Notes under the pieces: model-generated
What the model saw: only the letters and a program-made list of their open reading frames with translations
Databases searched by the model: none
What the model was told of the DNA's origin: nothing
Program-made: the position numbers and the translations under genes
In this document: positions 30,317 through 37,911 of the stretch, piece after piece
Numbering within the stretch: position 1 is the stretch's first letter
How the letters are laid out: each line of letters starts with the position of its first letter
Source: a virus
Taxonomy: Duplodnaviria; Heunggongvirae; Uroviricota; Caudoviricetes
Virus record (IMG/VR): IMGVR_UViG_2740892042_000001
Location: 1 to 37,911 of that record
DNA length: 37,911 bases
Reading direction: 5' to 3' (one strand)

Positions 30317-31732
30317 ATGGCTACGTGGCAACAGGGTATTAATTCTGGTGGTTTTCTGGCTGGCATCGGTACGCAAAACGAGAATGCGCCAAAGGCAAGC
30401 GACATTAACGCAACGCTTGGTCTGATCCGCGAAAACAATGAACTGGCTCGCTCAGGTGCAAATAACGTTGGCCTGACCGCCTTACGTGGTCTGGCTGGAG
30501 TTGCTGATATTTACAATCAGGAACAGCAACAGAAAGCTATTAGTGCGTTCAATAAGGTTCACGCTGATGCATGGGCTTCTGGTGATCCATCGGGACTATT
30601 TAAGTTTGCCCAGGAAAACCCAGCGTTTGTTGCGCAGGCACAACAGGCGTTTTCCGGTCTTAATGAGCAGCAACGCAACGATATGGGCGATTTAGCCATG
30701 AAGGCTAACGTCGCTCTTTCTCAGGGACCGGAAGCCTACAGTAAATTCATTACTGATAACAAGGACAGGTTAAATCGCGTGGGGGCGAATGCTGACTGGA
30801 TGATTCAGACAGGTATTCAGAATCCAGAGCAGCTATCACACATGCTGACTACTATGTCTCTCGGTGCACTTGGGCCAGAAAAGGCGTTTGCTGTTCAGGA
30901 CAAGATGGCTGGTCGTGAGATTGACCGAGGCAGGCTGGCAGAGACAATCCGCAGCAATCAGGCTGGAGAAGCACTTCAGGCGAGAGGGCAAAACCTTTCC
31001 TATCAGTCAGCAATGACTGGACACAATATCGCAGCACAACGCTTGGCTCTGGATCAGCAAGAGTTCGGGTTTAAGATGCAGCAAGCACAGGAAAAGGCTC
31101 AGCAGTTGATTAGCGAAGCACCTAAGCTATCAGTAAACATGGAAAAAGGCATCGAGACGGCTGTAAACAATGCTACAGCATCATCAAACTCAGCCAATTC
31201 TATGAGTGCGCTTGCTCAACAGTTCAGAGCAGAAAAACCAACGACAGGTTTGTTCGGTAACGCACAGAACATGTTCGCAAAACTTACCGGAAGCGATACA
31301 ACATTGCGTGATTTGCGCATCCGCCAAAATGCCCTTGTTAACAGTCAGGTTCTTAAATTCCTACCTCCCGGCCCCGCAACGGATAAAGACGTTGAGATCG
31401 TTCGGCAGGGTGCACCAACTGACATGGATAACCCTGAGACGGTCGCAAGATGGCTTGATGCGATGGCAAACCTTGAGCGACGAAACGCGCAGTTTAATGA
31501 GTTTAAAGCCGAGTGGATGAGCGCGAATGGCAATCCAGGACAATCGCGTAATGGCGGTCAGATATTGGGGTTGGATGTTAAAAAAGGTGAATCATTGGGG
31601 AGTGCCGTTAAGCGGTATATGTCAATGAATACTGACGCAGCGCCAGCACAAGATTCGACACCTTCAGGAGAACCACGGAATCAGGTTGGATCATATACCT
31701 CAAAATCAGGCATTCAATTTACGGTGGAATGA
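30317..31732 (+). CDS. Ejection protein (P22 gp20-like)
   Basis: 471 aa; size and synteny. Confidence 0.65.
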   Translation: MATWQQGINSGGFLAGIGTQNENAPKASDINATLGLIRENNELARSGANNVGLTALRGLAGVADIYNQEQQQKAISAFNKVHADAWASGDPSGLFKFAQENPAFVAQAQQAFSGLNEQQRNDMGDLAMKANVALSQGPEAYSKFITDNKDRLNRVGANADWMIQTGIQNPEQLSHMLTTMSLGALGPEKAFAVQDKMAGREIDRGRLAETIRSNQAGEALQARGQNLSYQSAMTGHNIAAQRLALDQQEFGFKMQQAQEKAQQLISEAPKLSVNMEKGIETAVNNATASSNSANSMSALAQQFRAEKPTTGLFGNAQNMFAKLTGSDTTLRDLRIRQNALVNSQVLKFLPPGPATDKDVEIVRQGAPTDMDNPETVARWLDAMANLERRNAQFNEFKAEWMSANGNPGQSRNGGQILGLDVKKGESLGSAVKRYMSMNTDAAPAQDSTPSGEPRNQVGSYTSKSGIQFTVE

Positions 31733-33570
31733 TGAAAGTAACTGCAAACGGTAAGACATTTACCTTTCCTGATGGTACGAGCACCGAAGATATTGGCACC
31801 GCCATTGATGAGTATTTTGCTGGTCAGGCTGTTCAGCAACAAACAGTTAATCAGGCCAATAATGCACCAACACGTGAAGAACCATCATTAATGCAACAAG
31901 CTGGCGATTGGCTCACTGGTGGTCAAAGTGCAGGGCAAATTGCAGAACAGGCTGGTCGTGGTCTGGTAAACATACCATTTGACGTATTGCAGGGTGGCGC
32001 AAGTCTGATTAATGCAATCAGTCAGGGGCTTGGTGGGCCAAAAGTATTGGATGATGTCTATCGTCCAGTCGATCGACCGACAGACCCTTATGCGCAAGCT
32101 GGAGAAACAATTGGCGGGTATTTAGTTCCAGGAGTTGGAACGGCAGGAAGCATGGCTATTGGATCACTGGCAGAGGCCGCAAATCAGAAAGGCGATTTCG
32201 CACAAAATGCAGCTAAAAATGCCGGAGTTAACCTTGCCGCTCAGGGTGTTCTTTCCGCAGCAGCAAAGGGAATAGGGCGTGGAATAACGGCTATAAAAGG
32301 TGATATTGCGCCAGAAGTGGCGAAGAAAATTGCCACATCAGAATCGATGGGCGTGACACCAATGACATCTGATGTTATCCCGCCGAAAAATGCTTTCACT
32401 CGCGGACTTACTCAGGATGCTGAGGGGGCTTTGCTCGGGACAGGCTCAAAGCGAGCGGAGCAATATGCAACGCGTAGTAAGCTGGTAAGCAATTATTTTG
32501 ACCGTTTTGGTGAGTACAACCCTGATGATGTGGTGAAATCTCTTACCACCACGTTAAGGGGGCGGAAGGATGCCGCTGGCGCTGTTATCAATGACGTCAC
32601 CAATAAAATGGGTAATGCCGCAGTTGATACCACAAATACCATGAATGCTCTGAATACAGCGATCGCAAGACAGGAACGGCTTGGGACGTCTGCCAATCAA
32701 AGCCTGCTTACATCCTTGCGTAACCTACGTGAAGAATTAGCAAACCCTGCAACTGATTTGGATGTTACGTTTGATCTCTTGCGTCAGCACAGAACAGCAT
32801 TTAGATCCAATGTTCAGGGAGATGCTATGGTCTTCCCCAACCAGGCAAAAGCAGCTACCAATATGGTAGAGAATGCAATGTCAAAAGATCTTCGTAACGC
32901 AGTTGCAAAAAACCTCGGTGCATCAGACGCAGCAAAATACCTTAAAGCAAACTCCGATTATGCAAACGTTTATAATAAGGTGCTTAATAAAAACATTGCT
33001 AACAAGCTCAACAAGGCAAGCAGTGAAGCCAGTCCTGAACTTATAAATACCGTTGTATTAAGCAGAAAACCATCTGACGTGAAACGAATCTGGAGCGCAT
33101 TGGATGATAAAGGGAAAGATGCTATGCGTGCAGCTTACGTCAGCAAAATAGCGGAAAAATCCGGTGACTCTCCAGCCAAGTTCATCACTGAAGTTAATAA
33201 GCTGAAATCTCAGTCAGGCGGTGAAATTTACAACACTATTTTTTCTGGAAAGCACATGAAAGAGCTTGATGCTCTTCATGAAGTTCTACAGCAAACAGCA
33301 AGGTCAGACACCGCAAATGTAGTAACTCAGACGGGGCAATCGCAAGCCAACAGGATAAGGACGATTGGCGCAACTGCGACTCTTGGCGTATCAATGGGGC
33401 TTGAGGCTGGTTTCGGTGCAATGATGCGCTTGTATGAGTCCAAAGCAGCAAGGAATGCGCTCTTACGTCTGGCAAACACCAAAGCAGGAACACCAGCCTA
33501 TGAAAGAGCGTTGAGTAACGCTGCAAATGCCATCAGGCCGCTGCTTGCTACTGAGGCAACACAGCAGTAA
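31729..33570 (+). CDS. Ejection protein (P22 gp16-like)
   Basis: 613 aa; size and synteny; overlaps upstream gene. Confidence 0.65.
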   Translation: MMKVTANGKTFTFPDGTSTEDIGTAIDEYFAGQAVQQQTVNQANNAPTREEPSLMQQAGDWLTGGQSAGQIAEQAGRGLVNIPFDVLQGGASLINAISQGLGGPKVLDDVYRPVDRPTDPYAQAGETIGGYLVPGVGTAGSMAIGSLAEAANQKGDFAQNAAKNAGVNLAAQGVLSAAAKGIGRGITAIKGDIAPEVAKKIATSESMGVTPMTSDVIPPKNAFTRGLTQDAEGALLGTGSKRAEQYATRSKLVSNYFDRFGEYNPDDVVKSLTTTLRGRKDAAGAVINDVTNKMGNAAVDTTNTMNALNTAIARQERLGTSANQSLLTSLRNLREELANPATDLDVTFDLLRQHRTAFRSNVQGDAMVFPNQAKAATNMVENAMSKDLRNAVAKNLGASDAAKYLKANSDYANVYNKVLNKNIANKLNKASSEASPELINTVVLSRKPSDVKRIWSALDDKGKDAMRAAYVSKIAEKSGDSPAKFITEVNKLKSQSGGEIYNTIFSGKHMKELDALHEVLQQTARSDTANVVTQTGQSQANRIRTIGATATLGVSMGLEAGFGAMMRLYESKAARNALLRLANTKAGTPAYERALSNAANAIRPLLATEATQQ

Positions 33571-33594
33571 CGTATGGGGAATTGGATTCAATCG

Positions 33595-33984
33595 TTAACA
33601 TTTTCTTTTTACTTTTCCAACAAAAGCTTTGGTTGAATCCATATTCCCATAACCAGAAATGGTTTTTGACATTAAAACTGTTCCAGTAGGATGTATTACC
33701 CATGAGTCGATAACGCGTTGAGTTTCGCCATTCGCGCCGATTCCTATGATGGAGTTTTTAGACAATGCTTTGTAAGCCATGCCGCCTGCATCTGTCCCAG
33801 AATATGTGATGCTGGCATCTTCACCGTTTGTCTTAATGATGAATGTTCCACTAAAACCATCTTCTTCCGGATGGAAATTATTTCGTTCTGAATAGCTTAT
33901 TCCGCGCATATCTCCAACGACCCAGCACTCTGCTGTAGCCCCAAAAGATATGAATAAGAACATAGCAGTAAGAAATTGCTTCAC
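33595..33984 (-). CDS. Secreted protein with signal peptide, paralog of the cI-linked gene
   Basis: MKQFLTAMFLFISFGATA-ECW..; shares ECW start of mature chain, internal NG(D/E) and C-terminal STK(A/S)FVG..C with 8488..8892. Confidence 0.6.
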   Translation of the reverse strand: MKQFLTAMFLFISFGATAECWVVGDMRGISYSERNNFHPEEDGFSGTFIIKTNGEDASITYSGTDAGGMAYKALSKNSIIGIGANGETQRVIDSWVIHPTGTVLMSKTISGYGNMDSTKAFVGKVKRKC

Positions 33985-34101
33985 ACCAACCTCCTTAGTT
34001 TTGAGCAGGATACCATGAAAAAAGTAAACATCTTTTGCCTACTTCACATTTGAATGGTTTGTCATTAGGATGTTTCCGGTTTTTTAAATATGGAAATTGA
34101 T

Positions 34102-34521
34102 ATGAAGAGGATTATTGGCGTCGTTGCTGGCGCTATGATGTTATCTGGGTGCGCAACTATTGTTGGTGATGAAACGCAACTTGTGCAAGTGAACAGCAAT
34201 CCTTCCGGTGCGAGCTTTAAGGTAAAAGACGAATCAGGCGTGATTGTTGCGCAAGGTAAGACCCCGCAAGGAGTAACTCTTGCCAAGTCAGATGGTAGTT
34301 ATTTTGGCAAAAAGAGCTACCAGATCACTATGGAGAAGGATGGGTACGAACCAGTTACCCTGCCAATAAAAGCCAATGCTAATGGTTGGTATATTGGTGG
34401 AAACCTTGTGTTTGGTGGGTTAATTGGTTGGCTTGCTGTAGATCCATTTAATGGTGGGATGTATACCTTGAAGCCTAAAGAGGCAAATGCATCCCTTATA
34501 CCGTCCACAAAGCAAGACTAA
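34102..34521 (+). CDS. Lipoprotein (lipobox LSGC)
   Basis: MKRIIGVVAGAMMLSGC.. signal with lipobox; glycine-zipper-like C-terminal segment; start could also be ATG 34090. Confidence 0.6.
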   Translation: MKRIIGVVAGAMMLSGCATIVGDETQLVQVNSNPSGASFKVKDESGVIVAQGKTPQGVTLAKSDGSYFGKKSYQITMEKDGYEPVTLPIKANANGWYIGGNLVFGGLIGWLAVDPFNGGMYTLKPKEANASLIPSTKQD

Positions 34522-34537
34522 TAAATGGAACCCACCA

Positions 34538-34789
34538 TCAGGTGGGTTTTTTGTACAAATCCTTCAGCGTATCAAACACCATCTTCTTAACAAGTTCAGA
34601 CTGCTCATCAGCGATGCGTTCCGCATCGTCTCGATAGCCTGAAATTTTGGATGGCTTTGATACAGCATCAGTAACTATCTGAACTAATTCTGAATTAAGA
34701 GAGCGGCCATTGGATTTGGCTCGCTGTTTTAGTTTTTCCTTTAATTCGTAAGGTAGCCGCAGATTAAATTGCGGGTCATCTCTTCCCAT
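34538..34789 (-). CDS. mnt: Mnt-type ribbon-helix-helix repressor
   Basis: 83 aa MGRDDPQFNLRLPYELKEKLKQRAKSNGRSLNSELVQIV..SELVKKMVFDTLKDLYKK parallels P22 Mnt. Confidence 0.85.
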   Translation of the reverse strand: MGRDDPQFNLRLPYELKEKLKQRAKSNGRSLNSELVQIVTDAVSKPSKISGYRDDAERIADEQSELVKKMVFDTLKDLYKKPT

Positions 34790-34852
34790 TCTTGATGCCT
34801 CGCTTTTGTGAGTGGATCGGCATCTTATTATCTGCTGGTTGCATCCTCAATA

Positions 34853-34867
34853 AGACCACAGTGGTCT
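34853..34867. promoter_or_regulatory. Perfect 15-bp palindrome AGACCACAGTGGTCT (candidate Mnt operator)
   Basis: Inverted repeat in the mnt-tailspike intergenic region, 64 bp upstream of mnt. Confidence 0.5.
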
Positions 34868-34935
34868 CTTTGTTCGATTAATAATGCATCACTGTGGCAA
34901 TGCTGCGGCGATTCCTTGTATCTGGAGCAAATTAA

Positions 34936-37587
34936 ATGACAGACATTACAGCCAATGTTGTAGTCAGCATGCCTTCGCAACTCTTCACTATGGCTCGTTC
35001 TTTTAAAGCCGTAGCTAATGGAAAGATTTATATCGGTAAAATTGACACTGACCCAGTAAATCCTGAAAACCAGATTCAGGTTTATGTGGAGAATGAAGAC
35101 GGTTCTCACGTTCCTGTTTCGCAACCAATAATCATTAACGCTGCTGGATATCCGGTATATAACGGACAGATTGCCAAATTCGTTACCGTGCAAGGCCATT
35201 CTATGGCTGTTTATGATGCGTATGGTTCGCAGCAGTTCTATTTTCCAAACATTCTGAAATATGATCCTGATCAGTTTAAACAAGAACTAGAGAATAAGTT
35301 TAACAATGGTTCAACTCCATCAATTATAAATTATAAGTACGGTCTTCCAGAAGAAGTAGACGGAGCAACACAAAGGACGCTACAGGATAAACTTGATGAC
35401 CATGTAAATGTTCGCGATTTTGGTGCAAAAGGGGATGGCATTACTGACGATACAGACGCAATAACAAATGCCATCATTTACTGCGCATCTAACGGAAAAC
35501 GCCTGAAGTGGGATTCTGGTGTGTATTTGATTAGCCGCATAAAATGCGGCGGGGATAATTATAACTATGACTGGGTAGCTGATGGCAAGGTTGTCTTAAA
35601 GTCAACCGCAAAAGAGCCTCTTGGCCCAAACTGGATTGATGATTATTTCATAAGACTCGAAGGTGGAGATGCCACGCCAATTGACTATAATTCAACAATA
35701 AATCCTGGTGACACATCAATATCAATTAACTCAGCATATTCTGTTGATGCAGGCGATATAATTATGATTCATGGCAATCGCTTAATTCAGACAGATAATA
35801 GAGGACAGGCTTGTGAAGGTGAAATGCATGTTGTTACTGCTTTTGATAATGCAACAAAAAAAGCGGAGATATCAGGTGCATTTTATTTTTTCTACTCTGC
35901 GAGCAATGATTACTCAACGACCGTAACAGCATCTGTATCCGGAGGTGAATTCTCATTTGGTAATGATGCAACATTAACAAAACAATACAATCAGGTAAAA
36001 GTAACAGGTGTCACCGGAGCTAACGCCGGAATATCAAGATACATAACTCATTGGGATTACGACACTAAAACAGCAAAATTTGAATATGCTCAGGGACCAT
36101 TCCCGTTTAAACCATCTGTTGGAGACGTGTTTAAAATCACAAGAAAGGCAAATATATATAAAAGAAAACCATGCTACGGCAGAATTGTCGGTGATTTCAA
36201 TTTTGAAAGACCTGTCACGCAGAACGCATCTCCTGGTGATTTGGGGTTCCGTGGTCTTGTGATAGATGGCGCTGTTGATATGCATATAGAAGGAATAAAA
36301 CTAATCGGCTTTTCAGAAACTGGAATTTTTCTTGAGTCATGCTACAGAACGAAAATAATAGAACCATATATTGAATACTCAAACCGTGCATATGATTTAA
36401 CAAATGGCACTGGTTATGGTGTTGAAATATACAATAGCAGCTATTGCACAGTCGTGGATATGATAGCATTTGCTTGCAGGAGGGGGCTTGATGTAAGCGG
36501 GACTCAAATGGTATCACTGTATAATAACATTATAAATCCAACGATGATGGGGGGTGGAACTGCATATGATGGAGTTAAATTTTTCCCTGATGGCGATACA
36601 AGAAATTCATGTTGCGGTGGACACGGCCCATCATACGAAACAACTTTTACAGGCGGCAATTCAGTCAATTTGTATTATGCTGGTGTAATACGCGGATTAA
36701 ATGAAGTGTATGATGGAATGAACGCCAGGGGATTTAGCGGCCCGGCTCCTTTTTTTGTAAGATATAGTGGTGGTGGGTTCACGATTCAGAACTGTAATTA
36801 TATTGATGGTTTTACTGAGATGTCTTTGCCATACAACTTGAGGTACAAACCTGTGAATGCAACTCAACGTAATCACAGACCTCTTGTTTTTATTGAAACA
36901 ACTCTGGCACAGACAGACAGAAACTCTTACTATAAAGAACTTCCTGTTGTTATTAAGAATAATACCGCAAGGACTGTTCTCAAGGGCTTTTTACGTTTTG
37001 AGGTTAATGATGGCCTCACCCCTCTAATCCAAAATATTTATTTTGGTGGTAATTTATGCATGGCGAACCCAGAAACATCAGACTCTGTATCAGGGCAAAC
37101 AGAGGCAGTAATGGTTTATTCATCTGTTCCTGGTGCAATAATTGTTCGAAATTTCCATGATCTTGGCGGTAACAGAATTGTTCCTGTTGGAGCAGGATAC
37201 AGATACTGCGGTATGTTCAACACGCCAGATGGAATAGCAGGAACAATAGTTCAACCAGACGGAAAATATCTAATAACACTTGAAGCCAACAAATCTACAA
37301 GTATCCTTGTTGGTGGATACGTCCCATGTGTTCGCCTTGATATGCACGACATACTTGATATTCATGGGGTAATTGCAGTTGGTGTTCTTATTCATCGTGG
37401 TGAGGCAATTGATTTTTCTCCTTTAAAAGAAATTAATAAGCAAAATGTTGTATTGAAAACCGGAGTTCTTTCAGATAATGATGGTGATGAAAATAACTTA
37501 AATATTTCGTTTGACTTTGCAACCATATATTTAAGCAACAAGATGCCAAATAAGATTCAACTATCTATTGAAGTATCAGGAGTGTAA
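34936..37587 (+). CDS. Tailspike protein (P22-type head-binding N-domain, beta-helix receptor-binding body)
   Basis: N-terminal ~115 aa [46 protein letters not shown].. matches the P22/Sf6/HK620 head-binding domain; the remaining ~770 aa are AT-rich and Asn/Gly/Tyr-rich. Confidence 0.9.
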   Translation: MTDITANVVVSMPSQLFTMARSFKAVANGKIYIGKIDTDPVNPENQIQVYVENEDGSHVPVSQPIIINAAGYPVYNGQIAKFVTVQGHSMAVYDAYGSQQFYFPNILKYDPDQFKQELENKFNNGSTPSIINYKYGLPEEVDGATQRTLQDKLDDHVNVRDFGAKGDGITDDTDAITNAIIYCASNGKRLKWDSGVYLISRIKCGGDNYNYDWVADGKVVLKSTAKEPLGPNWIDDYFIRLEGGDATPIDYNSTINPGDTSISINSAYSVDAGDIIMIHGNRLIQTDNRGQACEGEMHVVTAFDNATKKAEISGAFYFFYSASNDYSTTVTASVSGGEFSFGNDATLTKQYNQVKVTGVTGANAGISRYITHWDYDTKTAKFEYAQGPFPFKPSVGDVFKITRKANIYKRKPCYGRIVGDFNFERPVTQNASPGDLGFRGLVIDGAVDMHIEGIKLIGFSETGIFLESCYRTKIIEPYIEYSNRAYDLTNGTGYGVEIYNSSYCTVVDMIAFACRRGLDVSGTQMVSLYNNIINPTMMGGGTAYDGVKFFPDGDTRNSCCGGHGPSYETTFTGGNSVNLYYAGVIRGLNEVYDGMNARGFSGPAPFFVRYSGGGFTIQNCNYIDGFTEMSLPYNLRYKPVNATQRNHRPLVFIETTLAQTDRNSYYKELPVVIKNNTARTVLKGFLRFEVNDGLTPLIQNIYFGGNLCMANPETSDSVSGQTEAVMVYSSVPGAIIVRNFHDLGGNRIVPVGAGYRYCGMFNTPDGIAGTIVQPDGKYLITLEANKSTSILVGGYVPCVRLDMHDILDIHGVIAVGVLIHRGEAIDFSPLKEINKQNVVLKTGVLSDNDGDENNLNISFDFATIYLSNKMPNKIQLSIEVSGV

Positions 37588-37623
37588 TTGTATCAATTTG
37601 CTAAATTAAAAAAGGATAAAAAT

Positions 37624-37911
37624 ATGGATACAACACCAATAACACATGCAGTATGCGCGGTTATTGCGCAGATACTGGTTGGCCTTTCTACCGGAAACTT
37701 GGCTTACGGTGCGATAGCCGGTTGTACGTTCTTCATTGCGCGTGAACACACCCAGGCAGAATATCGCTGGATAGAAAAGTTTGGGAAAGGGAAACGTATC
37801 AACCTGCCATGGTGGGGAGGTTTTGATCCACGCGTGTGGGATGTTGGAAGTCTGTTGGATTTTTCTTTCCCAATTATCGGATGCTTATTGGTATGGATTC
37901 TTGCATCGTAG
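37624..37911 (+). CDS. Hypothetical membrane protein (95 aa) downstream of tailspike
   Basis: ATG 37624 with AAGGAT RBS; two hydrophobic segments; stop codon is the last 3 bases of the window. Confidence 0.5.
   Translation: MDTTPITHAVCAVIAQILVGLSTGNLAYGAIAGCTFFIAREHTQAEYRWIEKFGKGKRINLPWWGGFDPRVWDVGSLLDFSFPIIGCLLVWILAS

Overview
The window is almost entirely one mosaic lambdoid prophage, read directly from the sequence with no database search. It starts at the stop codon of a tyrosine integrase (position 1-3, minus strand), so attL and the host flank lie outside the window. Left arm (minus strand): int, xis, small accessory ORFs (DUF551-like, Ea22-like), an SSB plus Rad52-like annealing protein, kil- and cIII-like small ORFs, a Ral-like ORF and N with a textbook nutL. 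The immunity region is phage 434 type: cI and cro flank three ACAA-N6-TTGT operators on each side, followed by nutR and cII. Right arm (plus strand): an O-like initiator with internal iterons, a Toprim/DnaB-like primase-helicase, lambda-like ninB-ninI, Q, pR'/6S RNA/tR', and S-R-Rz/Rz1. The late genes are P22-like (podovirus): terS, terL, portal, scaffold, coat, gp4/gp10/gp26, gp14, ejection proteins gp7/gp20/gp16, mnt and an 883-aa tailspike. Family names come from recalled motifs and reference sequences (lambda, 434, P22), not searches. No tRNA, rRNA, CRISPR array or IS element was seen. The most interesting material is accessory cargo: two paralogous secreted proteins (one co-transcribed with cI at the rexAB position), a strongly acidic protein in the N-cIII hotspot, an SSB whose DDDIPF tail is buried by a 15-residue extension, an AT-rich moron flanked by direct repeats, an orphan mnt, and a mosaic tailspike.
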